Shown here in pieces: positions 28,343 to 42,933 of a stretch of 64,000 nt of DNA (within the stretch, counting starts at the first letter, position 1; the number at the start of each line of letters is the position of its first letter). The translations under genes and the position numbers were made by a program. The stretch comes from Chrysomallon squamiferum (lineage: Eukaryota > Animalia > Mollusca), in contig CM022670.1 in assembly GCA_012295275.1 (NCBI GenBank), forward strand, positions 29,326,001 to 29,390,000. The letters are read 5' to 3'. Below the pieces are notes generated by a model. The model was not told the origin of the DNA. It was given only the letters and a program-made list of their open reading frames with translations, and did not search any database.

Positions 28343-28786
28343 TAAACAAAATAATAAAATAAAAATCTTCCCAAAAACTTGTACATTACTAGCCTATAGT
28401 ATATGTAGTAACTTGTAATTATGTATGTATAGAAATATAAAACATGTCAAATATGAATGACAGCAAACTGAACAATACATGACAGTATGACCTCACATAA
28501 TGCATAGATAACAGTACAATAGCAATATTTAAACACCTGCATGGTCAGGTATCACTTTACAAAAAATAATTTAGAATTTGAAAAAATAAAGAAAAAAAAA
28601 CCTTTCCTGTTTAGATTGGTAACACTTACTTTTAAAAGCTGAGAATTGTTTCAGGTGGAATAAATATTTCATTTGATTAATAACCATTAAGAAGATAATG
28701 TTGTTGTTTTTTTACTACATTTCTCAGTTAATGTCAAATTTTCAGTTTTCAATTAATTAAGAGAGGTTTATGGCAGTTAATGAACC

Positions 28787-28808
28787 AAAAAAAAAAAAAA
28801 AAAATCAT

Positions 28809-28847
<39 letters not shown>
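28787..28847. repeat. Interrupted poly(A) tracts
   Basis: Two A runs separated by TCATTCTTT. Confidence 0.9.
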
Positions 28848-28852
<5 letters not shown>

Positions 28853-31038
28853 ATTTATTTATTTTTGTTAGCTATTATGTATTACAATGTTTAAAAAAAA
28901 TGAAAAATATATATATATAATTAAAAATCTAACTGATTTTCTTTTTAGGAAAGTTTGTCTGTACTTGAATTTTTTTATCAGTTGTCAATCTTTATTTGGC
29001 TTATTTATCACATTTTGATTATATCATATGTCAGGCTGATTATAGCCCCAGGGTCTGATGTGTATTGTTTTTCATATATCATTACAGAATAATGCGTCTT
29101 TTTAAATGTGTCTTTCTGAAGGGGCCTTTGTTATTACAAATTGTGCTGTCATTTTGTACAGACTAATTACAGTTATTTTGATATCCTAATGGGCATTTGA
29201 ATTTGTTAGTCGTTCTGTACTGAGAGATATTATAGGATAAGAGTTATTTAGGTGTCTGCCTCTGTGTTAACATACTCATTACTCACACAGCTTATACACT
29301 ACAATGATGTAAAATTTAAATGATTATTAACTTTTTCTTTCTTTTTTCTTTTTTTTACAAAACATAAGACTTCATGAATGCACATTTTAGATGTCGATAT
29401 CCTTAAAAATCGAACTATTTATATAATGTTAATAAGGAGTTTTTAAATATTTTACTGTTGTCCAGTACACAAATAGGATATTATTTATGATGATTAGATA
29501 TTAATAAGCCTTCTTTGTCTCTAATATTTACATGGTATTATTTATACACACTTCACTAGCCATCTGTAATATTAAAAAGGGATTATTTATAAAAAAAATT
29601 CTTTAACTTTATTTGTTATGTGCTGATTGAGAAATACAGCTTGTCAAATAAAGCTGCAGTTTCATAGCATCTGTTCAGATAAAATGTAGGCAGTAATTAT
29701 CAGGAAGGAAATAAAAGAGTGCAGTTTGAGTGTATCTGTTTTCAGTGGGCAGATCCAGCCAGCAGTTCTGGTATCTGGATTGATTAGAACACTTTCTAAT
29801 TTGTCTGTGTATATGGTAAAGGTGTAACCTGTAGCATTCATTGGTTCAAGTATTGATTGAAAATTGCTTTCATGGCTCTGTTTAATTTTATTTTCAGAGA
29901 TGAAAGGCTGTTTGTTTGTGCATCATTCAAAACTAGCTTTCCTCACGTCTGCTGCAGACATTAAACATTTATTTTCATATGCAATGTTTTTTACATGTAT
30001 CTTTGAAATTATTCTCAGATTCCTCAAGCAAAGCTGATATTTGTGAAACTGTGAAATTAAAAGCAAATATTATTTTATTTGTTTAACTGCTGTCTTTATT
30101 TAATTATGTTTTGTATATTTTTGTTGTTTATTTGAAATTATAGAATATTTATTTATTTTTGTATATGTACTCATTTGTGCATACTCAGCCATTTTCTCTC
30201 TCTTTCTTTCTCTCTCTTTCTTTCTCTCTCTTCCCCTCCTCTAACACCCTCTATCTCTCTGTCTCACATTATTCTTCTCTCTCTCAGGATTCCAGCCATC
30301 CATATACTTGCACACATTCACTGTATCCTTGTTTCAGGTAACACAGTGTAGTGGTTGTGAATCAATAGATGAGTAATAAAGTCATGTGAAAAGTGGTCAT
30401 TATTACTTGGCAACACTGTTCAGTCATGACAAACATTCATTACAAATGTTGAATAATTAATACATAAATCAAAGGAATAAATATTCTGGGCTGGACTGTT
30501 GTAGTCATGAACATTTCAGTGCATCAAAGGAAAAATCTATGACAGGAAATCAGACTTCAGCAACAGCAAACAAGATTTAATTTGTACCAAACAAAATTTG
30601 TTTGTTTTATATATAATATCAATAAATCAACATCAGTCTTTGTGACTCAACTGAGATCACTAACTCTTTCACATATTTATTGGTATTTTATAATGTCATT
30701 TTACAAGGCAATATTCTTTAGTCCTGTACTTAACTTTGAAGTGATGATATTCAAATGAATGAAGTAATGTGATTTGTTTAACAAAATCTCACAACATGTT
30801 AGCATTAAAGGAAACGTAAAGGAAATCATTCAGTTCTAGGGCAATGATCATTACAAGGGAGGAAATTTCCAGCTAAATCTTACATCAAGTCTAAATTTTA
30901 TGAGTTGTATCAAACAACAACAAAAGAGTTTTGTGAAATATGTTGTGGAATACTTGCTTCAGTGGTATCCAGTTCAAAGGATACACACTATGGCCAATAC
31001 TGTCATCCCCTACAGCCTAAATGGTAGTATAATTATTT

Positions 31039-31072
<34 letters not shown>

Positions 31073-31500
31073 TTACACTGCAGACATATTGGGCTTTCAG
31101 CATTTTTATTGCAGGATTTTAATAACAGTTTGTGAATAGGTATTTTGATTATTAATGTTTTAAACCACTAAACTTATTTTATTTTATTTTATTAATTTAG
31201 TATGTATATGTAAATAATAATAATAAAAAATAAAAACACTTACAGGAAGTGCATACAAAAAGCAACACTAGATGCACCTTCTGTAGAATATCCTTTGGGT
31301 TTACCTGTCACTTCCAGTTAGAATTCTACAATTGATTTAACAAAAACCTTAGCAGCTGCAGTATATATATATATATATATTTTTTTTTTTCTCACAATCT
31401 TGATTTAATAATGTTTATTTATGAGTCACCATTACTATTATTATTACAAAAGCTTATTGGTTTATGTTTATTTACATGTGACATCTTCTGTGTTTTACAG

Positions 31501-31815
31501 GTACCATCAGGACTAACCAGGTACTGGACAGGGAGACAGCATCTCACTATTGGCTGACTATCTTTGCCCAGGATCGAGGTCTTGTTCCTCAGTTTGCCAG
31601 ACAGGAAGTGCTTATTGAAGTGCTTGACCTCAATGACAACGTCCCGCTAAGCAAGGAGCCATGTTACCATGCCACTGTGGTAGAGAACAGCAGACGTGAG
31701 ATTCAGATTGTGCAGATTCAAGCCACTGATGGTGACCACAACCCAGAACAGAGACTGCATTTTGAAATCACTGGAGGCAATCCACAGAATTTCTTCAAGA
31801 TTGATCCTGTAGATG
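31501..31815 (+). CDS. FAT1: Coding exon 2 (315 nt, phase 1-1), GTIRTNQVLDRETASHYW...FFKIDPVD
   Basis: tgttttacag acceptor, G|gtaagt donor; completes the repeat begun in exon 1 across a 26.3-kb intron. Confidence 0.95.
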
Positions 31816-33630
31816 GTAAGTCAGCACAATGTTAATTCTTTTACATCATATCATTATTATACAATTTGAATTTTTTTTAAATAATTTTATATTTTGCCAG
31901 TTTCTAACTGCAGAGTAAAATAAACCACTGTAGTTTTGTGTTTTTCATTTCTTTTATTATAGCTGGAGTATGACCGTATTTCATGTTCAGTAATGTACTG
32001 ATACTGTTATCTTAGGGCTGATTTGTATCATTATCCTTTATATTGGCTTTTATTCAGCAAATATCTGCCAAACACTGATGGGAATATTAATTGTTTTAAA
32101 ATTAAATAGTGAAATTTGTACATTTCTCAGTATGATATCCATAAGTTTGGCAAATATACATAATATAAATGTGATAAACACTCAGATATTATTCATGATA
32201 ATATCATATTGTGAACATTTTTATTCCACATTTTATTAAACACATATACCCCCCCACCAAGAAAAGCCACTAAAAATCCCACAAACATACTGAAAACTTG
32301 CAGTGACTTGACTATTTATTACCAACAAGTTGTATCCTCTTGTTGATGATGTTTTCTAAAAGGCACTAATGATTTGCTGATAGATCTTATTTGAGGTGCT
32401 TCTTCTGGGATGGGCTTCTACAAGATTGTGAAGGTCTGCTGTAAGACATTTATTGATGATAACAAATTTCAACATGTTGCAAGTGAGAAAATGTCAGATA
32501 ACTTGATTGAATACCAAGTTTTGTCTACACTGCTGAGTAGCAGCACTAACAGACAAATTACAAACATAAAGGCAACAAGACAATCAGATAAATTAATCCT
32601 AACTCCAAAGACACTAACACAATTTAAAAGCATGTGATGCACTGCTTGCAGTAATTAGCTGTTGCATGCTTGGTTTGTCTAGGCTAGCTAAAATGATGAT
32701 AATTTGTATTTTTGGCCTGGGTAGCTGACTTATGATAATTTTGATTCACATTAATTTCTTGAATTATAGTTTTGGAAATTATCAAGGTTTTTTTCATTAG
32801 CTTTATTATATTCAAAGGAACTGGCAACCTTTGTAGGTCTTATAGGTATTTACATACAATGCCTAGAAAAAGCTGGTTATATGAAACAGGTTAATAAAAT
32901 GTGTTTTATTAATATTAGTGTTAAAAGTGGACTTACATCATAAGGTACATTATTTATATTAGATAAACAGATTGTCACCGTATTAAGAAAAGGTCATAAG
33001 TGACAGTCTTGCTAAAACTCATTACTTGCTTTTATTAGTTTCTTTACCAGTGTCATTTCATCTTCTTAGGTGATAAATATAACTTCCACTTTATTGCAAT
33101 CAATTTTTCCAGAATTCATAAAATGCTCTTCAAAGCTTTTCAGTTAAAAAAAATATCTGTATTTGTCATTTACAACCTTTTTTCATTAAGGCATTGCAGT
33201 ATCTAATTAAAAAGGACATTCATTGAGGTAATGGCATTAGATCTGTTAAAAAACAAGATGTTTTTAACAATTCTTTACAGACTCTACTAGCATTGTAAAG
33301 TTGTAGTGCAGTGTTCTCAGATACAGTGTACAAAAGCAATAAAACCATGCTCTTGGTTTGGAGTTTAATACCAACTTTAACAGCTAACAGCATACTGACT
33401 TGACAGAATCATATTTAATCAAACTGAGTAGTCTGCTTTTTTTTCCTCTCTCATTCTTTTTATTTTTATATTTACCATCGTGCTTTCATGCATGTAATGG
33501 AATGAGTCTGAGGTTATCTGAGGAAAAATTTAATGTTTAATCTCATTAATATTTGGAGATGGAGACTGGATTAATCATTAATTTCTGACCTTATCTGTCA
33601 TCATTTGTTAAACATAAAAGGTATCAGAAA

Positions 33631-33635
33631 TAATA

Positions 33636-33675
<40 letters not shown>
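33631..33675. repeat. (TAA)n microsatellite (similar runs at about 28308-28339 and 31045-31072)
   Basis: Direct reading. Confidence 0.9.
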
Positions 33676-33677
<2 letters not shown>

Positions 33678-34419
33678 TATATAAATAAATGAAACAATAT
33701 ATTTTTGAATTTCTTTATCAATAACAACAGTATATGTGAAGAAAAACAAAATCAGAAAAATATAAAAGATGCTTGCAATTAACGTTAACAACCTAATTAC
33801 AATTCTGAATTGTCTTCAAGACATGTTACAAGATAATCTTTAGAATCTATTTTTGTCTACATCCATGTATAATAATATTTATTTTAAAAATGCTTCAGAA
33901 AACATTAGAAAACAGTATACAAAATTATCTCTGTTTTTAGTTTTATTTGAATCAGTTTTAAGATCTGTGACTGTTATGAAAGACCCATAAAATAAACCAA
34001 ACAAATACTTACTTAACTTATAAACTAAAACTATTTTTAAATGAAGCTTATTACTGTAGATAATTATATAATACAAAAACTTGTGTTTTAGAAATTTAAA
34101 AGTTTATGCATCAGCATGACTTTACCTGAACTGAATGTGTAGAAATAAATAGTCTTTGTTATCATCAGTAACAAGAAATGTATTAACAAATTAGAATGAC
34201 ATTCACAACAGGTTGGAATTTAATCAAGAATAATAATGTGAATAAATGTACTGAGAAAGGGTACTAAAACGAGTAAATAAATATAAACAAGTAAATAAAT
34301 AAATAAATAAGCAACTAAGTAAGTACATAAATAAATAAATAAACAAGCATGGAAAGAAAGAAAAGTATTGAAGTCAGTTAAATTACACTAAAAACCTTTT
34401 GAAGTTTAAAAATGCTATA

Positions 34420-34890
34420 AAAGTATATAGTTAATTGAATGTCATGCAAAATGATACTGATAATGTACTGTAAAAGCGTACTGTAGTTTATAATAAATAC
34501 TTGATAGAATGTATTGTAATAAGACACTACAGTTGATTAAATATACTGTGACAGGCTACTAAATTTAATTTTTAAAGGTATCGTTAAAGGATACTGAAAT
34601 TGATTAAGTGTTTTGCAAAAGGTACTATATTTTATTGAATGTACAGTATAGTGGTGTGGTACTGTAGAATGGTACTAAAGTTACTGTGTACCAATGTTTT
34701 CATATGCCATAAAATATTGCTGAAGTTGACTGAAGGTACTTATAAAATAGGTACTGTCATTAATTAAATATACTTAAAAGGGTACTGAAAATGAAATAAA
34801 AAAGAAATGAAAGTGTTGATTGAATGTATTATAGTAGATTACTAGGGTTGATTAAATGTACACTATAGAAAGGTAATGAAGCTGATACAG
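34420..34890. repeat. Highly degenerate tandem repeat (GTACTG / GTTGATTAAAT motifs)
   Basis: Recurring 'ggtact', 'actgta' and 'gttgatt(a/g)aatgta' motifs; unit length about 30 bp, not precisely determined. Confidence 0.5.
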
Positions 34891-36472
34891 GCAATGGAAA
34901 TAAGGAGATAGTTGCCAGTAAAGATTTTTAGTTAACAAAATGCCATTCACAAAGATGAGTTATTGAAGGGCAGGCTGAAATGTAGTAACAGTAGGGTGTT
35001 ATTTATTGGTCTCAAGCACTCTGTGGGTAATCGGAAACACAGTACATTAACTCTTACCTCTACAGTACAAACATATTCAAAACACATAAATAATAGTTGC
35101 AGTCTCTTTTACTTTGGTCTCATATTCTCTTTGCGTTTATACTCTTGATATATTAACATTGTGTTCTTTTGGAACAATTTTTAATTACATATTTCTTTCT
35201 TCTTTTAACCCTTTAAAACAAATGTCTCTCAGGGCAGCTGATTTGATTAGATAAGTGTTTCTGCTTTAATAAGAAAAAGCATATGTCTTTTATGATTGCA
35301 TAGGCTTATCTTAGCATATTCTAAGTATTGAATGTGTGTCTTTGTGTGCTTGCATGTAGATTTCTGTGCGTGTGTGTGCATATGTATGTGTGTTTGTGTT
35401 TGGGTGTTTGTATGTGTTTGTATTTATGTGTATATTAATTGCAAATATCTTTCTTGTACAAACCCATACTTTATGATTAAATAAAATTAATGTTGAAATA
35501 ATTAGAACACAATTTTTAAAAATTTATGTAAAGTATTAAAAAAAATGTTGATTAAAAATATCAGGAAGTAGATATGAAATTTGAAATGTGTTTTTCAACA
35601 GATTACTTTTTTTTCATTGCCTGGTAACAGATGTAGAAATGTGCTTGTTTGCAGGATTTTTTATTTAAAATATTTTTAATAATTTAGCTTCCTTCGTTCA
35701 AGGCACTGGATTATAATTTTCTGCACTTGGCAACTCACATTTATCATCATTTGTATTTTTGCATAATGGCAGAAATGAAGGAGCCATTTACTTAGTTTAA
35801 GAAATGACTACATTTCCTGTGTGCTGCAGACAACAACACCCTGTTAGCACACGTACCAAACTGATAACCCATCTCTCTTTTAATGCATGTTAATTTAATG
35901 GCTAATTTTTATAACCTGTCTTTTAGGATAATTTCTCTCTTTTTTTTCTGTTTGGGTTATTTATTTTATTTTATTTCATTTTGTGTTACCTAGGAGATTA
36001 TATTGGCAAATTTGGTTGATACTCAGACTAGTTGTTTAAATGGAGATCATAACCTATTCTTAAGAATTGTATCTCAAATTGGGGATATTTTGTGCATACT
36101 TAACAATTTAATGTGAAATATGTCATATAATAATATATAATTTACTTGTCTGGCCCCACAATATTTAATTTGTCACTTGATAAACATTATATTATCTATC
36201 CTTTTAATTATATCTACTAAGAATATGAGTGTAGTCAGTAAAAGATTTATAACTGAACTAAAAAACAGTGCAGGAAAAGACTTAAGATGAACAACAAAGG
36301 TAAAATGTACATTCACAGAAGTTGAAAGCAGAGTACTTTTACAGTATTTGTCACAGAATGTTTTTAAAAAAAAAGAAGAAGATAACCTCATTCATAGTTT
36401 GTAATTTTGTTAAGTTTGCTTTGTTTTATTTTCAGTAATACTATGTTGATTTTGTATTTTGTTTTCTTCCAG

Positions 36473-36534
36473 GAGTGATCAGCACCACAAACCGAACTCT
36501 GAACCGAGAAAAACAAGCAGAACATGCACTGGAG
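36473..36534 (+). CDS. FAT1: Coding exon 3 (62 nt, phase 1-0), GVISTTNRTLNREKQAEHALE
   Basis: gttttcttccag acceptor, GAG|gtgaga donor; not in ORF track; needed for repeat continuity. Confidence 0.92.
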
Positions 36535-39500
36535 GTGAGACATTTTTTATTATTGTATTAAGTGTTTTACTGCTCAGTGATTAACACTCAGAGCTGAGCT
36601 GTGACTAGTCTTCTTATCACTTTTCTTCAAATCTAACTGAACATTTTATTACTGTTAACTGCAGGAAGCAGATTTATTCCACTGCCTTAAAACAATTAAT
36701 TTTATTTATGCTGCAAAAAGTTGACACTCCAAGAGATTCCCAAACATAGCATCAGCCCAGTATGTGCTGCCAGCTGTGGGTGAGGAAGAAACTACCAGTC
36801 TTGTTGGTTTTGGCAGAAACTATTTTAAATTATGCCATGAAAAAAGTTAAATACATCAATCAATCTGTTTCCAGTACAGCTAAAGTATCCCAAAACTGGT
36901 TTTTCAAACACTGTGGTAAGGTTCTTATAAAGTCACTTGCTTTGCTGCTAATCAAAAAAGATTTGCTTTCTTATACTTTGTCTAGTCATTAATCATATAT
37001 ATGTTAAATATTTAAATTAAAAAGCACATCATTAAATAAAGCATTTTTTAAATTATATATATTAAATTGCTGCTGATATTCTGAATCAGAGTTAATTTTA
37101 ATCTTGTTTATTAATCTTATCTCCTTGAACAGTAAGCAGTATTATAGCTGTACTATCATTTTAACTTATAAAATGAGATAAATTAAATATTTATTTTGGT
37201 TACTATTAACAGTTTTTTTTTTTTTTTTTGGCTGTGCCAGCAGTAACAGTTTCCTTATCTCAGGGCAGATATGGATATATCTTTTTTATTGTTTTTTCTT
37301 TTATAGAAAAAAAATGATAAAACATATTTATACATTTACCCTGACACTTAAATATTTTACTGATTTTTTTTTCTCTCCATAATATTCCTTATTGCAACAT
37401 CTGTCAAGGAAAATTAAATGTAAAAAAATAAGATCAATAAATTCCTGAATACTAACAAATAAGTGCTGAGAACAGTTAAACAATATCCATACCATAGATA
37501 CAGCTGTGATTTTGCAAAAATAGATATTTTGAAAGAATAAAATGGTATAAGTACTTTTCTGTCTGTTAGAGTTTTATCACATTTTATTCCCAAAATCAGA
37601 AAATACAATTCAAATAAACACTAGTATAGCTAAATATTTAGAGACTGTACATTTTATCTGAAATTATTGGGTTGTTGTATAACAGATTGTAATATTACTG
37701 TTTTGGATTGGTGTTCAAAATCTTGTTATGATGGTGAATAGTATGTGTCAAAAACATGCATTTTGATACGGCACAGATTCTCTATGCAGGCTTTTCTTGT
37801 CTTAAAAGTAAAATAAATGTAGAATAAAGTCCACATTATATGACAAAAAAATAATAACAAAAATAAAATAATTAAATAAATAAGATAAAATAAGATAATA
37901 TTAAAAATAAAATAACATAAAAAGATTTACATTAAGTCTTTTAAGCTTCTTGATCTCCTGGAGGATTCAGTGGCTGCTGGAAATCTTCTCTTCTTCTTCT
38001 TCTTTCCTGTCATGAAGAATCACACTTGAGTGCTCAGATCAGCCATTACTATGTTATGGCCCTGTCACTTGATGTGTTATGTAGAACGTGAGATTAGATA
38101 GGCCAGTTTCTAAGTAAATATTACTTAATATTCTTCTGTCTGTCAGTTTTACTCAGCTGTTTTCAAATACAATAACTTGGCTGTAATGCAGAGTTTGAGC
38201 TCTGAAGGAGAGGGATAGTGTTCAGGAGTGCAGAGTTTCTGCTGTAGGGAAAAGACTGAAATACTGGGTACAGCATTTGAGCAGAGGGATACAGGATTTG
38301 AGTAGAAAGGTGTAGAGAAAGAAAAACCCCCACCAAATAACAATCTGTTTACTTCTGTGTGGTTCAGATTGCCTGCTGATTTTGTTGTTGCCCTTAATAC
38401 TGCATGCTGTGTGTTGGAAAATATCTGTCATGAAAGCTTTCACTTGTTCTTTTTTCCTGCAATTCTAATGTAAGATAAGGTACATGTTGATCTATAACCT
38501 GTTGATGTTTGTTATTCCCTACTTTCCTCCTTTTTTCTCAAAGCATTAATTTGGATATTTTTTCATTCTTATCAGTTTTCTGTCTCCGGTGAAGTACATT
38601 ACTATCTGTATAACATGAAAATTTGCTTTTTTTGCAAATATTATAGTTTAATTTCTTAAAAATTATTCTGTCTGTTAGAGTTTTATCACATTTTGTTCCC
38701 AAAATCAGAAAATGTTACTGTTTTTTATACTTCACCAAAATTTGATATTTGAGACTTGATTACTTTCAGTATTAAAAAGCTTGCCATTAAAGACATATTC
38801 GTTTATTCACTGCTCATACTTTAATCTATTACATATTGAAATATTATAAATGCCAATAATATTGATAAGTGGAGATTATGCATGAAAATTTAGAAACTAT
38901 TAAATATTTACTTATAACTGTGCTTTGCAATTAAGTATTATATTTAATCCTACAGAAATGTTTGTGACATATCTAACTCTGTTTTTGAGGTTATTTCAAT
39001 TTATTTATTGGTATTCAGTATATCTTAAAGGTGGTCAAGTCATCATTATTATCATTCAAAGGAATGACAACAACAACAACAATAATAAAATTTTGTGTGT
39101 GTATTTTTGTATAGCTGTGAGTATGTAGTAAATAAGATTATGAAAAGAATATTGGGAAAAAGAGATAGGAAGAGGTAGAGAATAAGAGAGGAAGGAATGG
39201 TGAAAGCTAAAAAGAGAAACGTTATGAGTGTATATGTGAATGTAAGAAAGGATGAAAGAGGTAAATTGTAAGTGAAAGACAGACTGAAAGTAAGAGAAAG
39301 AAAGATACTTCATGAATATTACTACAGTACACCAATAGAGAAAGGTAAGTTTCCTGATGATGTTTATTTACAGTAATGTTTGAGCCACTAAAAGAGATGT
39401 ACAAAGTAGTCATTACAGACAAGTTTATCTGATAAATGTAGGTATTGTTTCTTTGTTCAGTGATCCAACATCCCACCAAGATAGGCTGTCTGGAGTTGTT

Positions 39501-42009
39501 TTTTCAACACAGATGGATGGTCATACAATCAGCCAGCCTTGGACAGAACTTACTATCAAAATCAGTTTGTACCCATGGCAGACATAATTGAATGTTTTTT
39601 TAATAAGGCTAGTGAAAATTCATGACATCCTAACACTTACAGGTTTGTTTTTGTAACCAAGGCTTGGCTTGATGGAGGCTAGGACACGTCTTGGGACATG
39701 AAACTTGTATTTCTCTGTTAGTTGAATTTGAATATGTAAATATGAACATCGCTCCAGGAGATAATAAAATTATTATCTATTTAAGTAATCTTGACAACAG
39801 TCTATATATGCCTTCTCATATCTACTGGATTGTTTTTAAAAAAATATAGCTGAAAGTAAATTGTAACATTTTTTTTTTTTTAACCAAAACAGCAATAAAG
39901 TTATATGAAATAAAAATAGGTAATGTAGTTATGTGTTTATCAGAAAATGAATTAAAGAGAATGAAAAAATAACAGAGGGCAGTGTCTGTCTGTTCATGAG
40001 AAATAACAACTTGACTTCTAAGAACTTTTGAATTATTCAGATAATCCACATTCTTTATAATGTAGCCTGTACTGAACTGTAACTGTGGAAATTGTGGAAA
40101 ATTACAGACCACATGACTGTAGCTTCAGCACGTCTACAGGGTTTCTCATAAACAACAACAGGTTGTGATGTAGATCTCTCTTTTATGTTTACCTGATGCT
40201 TTTTACTTGTGTCAGAGAAGAGCAATTGTTGCAATAAAGTACGTTCTGCTGACTTTTATTTCACTTGTATTCCCTGCCTGGAAAAAAACAACAAACAACA
40301 AAAATAAATAAACAAATGAAAACACAAGTAGGCTTTGTGATCCAGCTGTCTGGTTTAGAAATAAAATACATCTCTAATTTAAGTTAGCACCTGATCGATA
40401 TTATTAAAGCAGACTTGTTTCTTGGCAGGCTGTCATCAGCTCACATCATTGTGACATTTCTTGCTGATTTATCAAGATGGTGGAGCATAAAATCATGGGG
40501 AACCACATATTTTAAATAAATTAATAACTGAGAGAAAAGAGAGTATTTCCATTTATTGGGCACTAATTGGCATGTGTTGTTTTTTTTCAATATGTTTTGG
40601 TCTTGCAGTTTAACACAAGTCTTACTGATTGTGGTTTTCCAATTCATATTAATCGCAGTTAGCTATCTTAAAAGCCTATAATTTCATTATGTCATCGAAG
40701 TTGACATGCATTTCACCTCAAAGTGAATAATATGTTTTAACAATCATAGGATATGATGAAACATTTATCATGTTGATAATGAGAAAATTTTTAATAAAAA
40801 AATAATGAGAAGTTGTATGAAAAGAAATCTTTGATAATAATAAGTATTAAGGGATTCTTACAACATATGTTAAATTATTTATAGAAGCTATCTTAGAACC
40901 CAGACATTTGTATTAATACTTCTTAATAATATAATACTAAAATGAAATGAAACTGAGTAAATTATAAAGACTGACTTTGACTTTAAATATTTTATTTTGA
41001 TACTTATAGAACGCTGAAGTGGAATGAAACTAAAAACTGACACCAGCTGAACAAATTAAAAACAGTAATCCTTTTTTTCTGAAAATCAAATGAAAGTTAA
41101 GAAGTAAATAAAGTAATTAAAATGGAACTGATTGAAACATCAAAGGAAGTATTTTGTTTTGACTTAAATTATTTTAATAACATCCTAAAGAATACAGCTA
41201 AAACCAGTTAATGTTGGAAAGGTCAACTTAGCATAAAAAAGTAATAACAAAAAAGACAAAGTTATGAATTTAAGCCTATGTTTGCTTTGTAAATATAAAA
41301 CCCAGAAATTTCATGATGCTGCTTGTCCTGTTTGCAAATGAGGTCACTGAATAAACGTATGAATGAAAAAACTTACTCAGTGATTCACAACAAGGATAAT
41401 AGCTGATCTGTGCGATGTACATTTTGTTATGCGCCAGTTCACTTCATTCAGGTGATACTTTGAGGTACATGGTTGGATCAACAAGAACACAGACACAGTG
41501 GTTTTGCTCATATTAATAATGCTAAAGAAAAAAGCCTTTTATCCTTGCTTTCTCTCTTCTTCTTTTCATTTTCTTGCTTTCTTTTCTTTTGTTTACAACA
41601 ATGAAACTATTTTTTTTTTATTATTCTTTTTAAAATCATTTTAATAATAACAAAATGGGAGAGGAAAATATTTTTTAAAGATTTTTTTTTTTTTTTTTTT
41701 TTTTTGCTATATGTCAGAGGAGTAAAGGATTATTTCTTCTTTATTGACTGGTGTATATTTTATTGCATTGTTTATTTTAAACCTGTAACAAGTACACTGT
41801 AAAAAGTTGAATATTTGATTACTGCAGTTAAACAATCAGTAGAAAACTATTAATTCTGTAACCAGCAATATTATTGTTCAGCTTAGTTAATACATCTTTT
41901 TTTAACAATTTATTATTATTGTTATTATTTATTTATTTATATTTATTGTTTTTATTTTAGTATACTTAGGGATTTTTTTCAATACAAATGTATAGGTTAT
42001 AAACAGACA

Positions 42010-42365
42010 ATATTTTAAAATTATAATCTTTGTTGTTGTTGTTGTTCTTTTTTAAAGTATCTTATTGTTGATAGATTTTGAAAGAACAGCTTTTATATTT
42101 ATGATCAAGTTTCATTTTCAGTATGTGCTTGCACTTGAGAGATTACAAGGGGATTTATGAAAAAAATGTATAATCTTGTTTTTTGTTTCAATACATACTT
42201 AGTGTTGATAGATTTTGAAAGAACAAGTTTTATATTTATGATCAAAGTTTCTCTTTCAGTTGTACTTGTAACTGACAGACTGAAAAAAAGAGAAAATATA
42301 AGAAAAGATTTTAAAAATGTATAGCCTTGGTTCCTCTTTCAAAATATGCTCCTAGCTGACAGATT
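42010..42365. repeat. Diverged tandem duplication, about 137-bp unit, 2+ copies
   Basis: 'tgttgatagattttgaaagaaca..ttttatatttatgatcaa' at about 42066 and 42203. Confidence 0.85.
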
Positions 42366-42933
42366 ATCATTCTGTTTTGTTTCTGTAAACAGCTGGGGTC
42401 AGTCAGGGGATGTTATACTCCAGTAGTTACATCAGATACTGGGTGAATCAGTCATCAGACTTGTAAAACAGTGGTTAATCTTTTTGACAGCTTTATTGAT
42501 CCCTGGCTCCTTGCAGTGGCTTCTTTTGTGAAAGAAATTATCTGCTAATCTTTCAATGGACAAACACAACCACATCTGTGCAGTGTGTACTTTATGCATA
42601 TATTTATTTATAATGGGGGGGTGGAATCAAAATTACTGAAATGATAATATGGAGGTAGAGATATTAAATGATGGCTGTTTATCACTTTCCTTATTGTTTT
42701 TGTGACTTTCACTGTACAGTACAATGCAGTGTTTCTATATTGGGATTCCCTTGTGTATAGTTAGCAGTTAATGACTTTCTGGGTGTAAATATGTATGTAT
42801 ATGTTGTGTACCTCCTCTCAGCATATATTTAGCAGTTTAAGCTTTCAGATATAACAATGTTTATATTGCACACTTTCTATCAAATCAGTTTATAATTTTT
42901 GTATATAACAATATTTGTTGCACATTTTCTATT

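Noticed and set aside
5792-41000. Many 60-116-aa intronic ORFs on both strands as possible nested genes
   Set aside because: They are rich in F/I/L/Y/C or derived from microsatellites, often use non-ATG starts, and show no recognisable domain or consistent splice structure.
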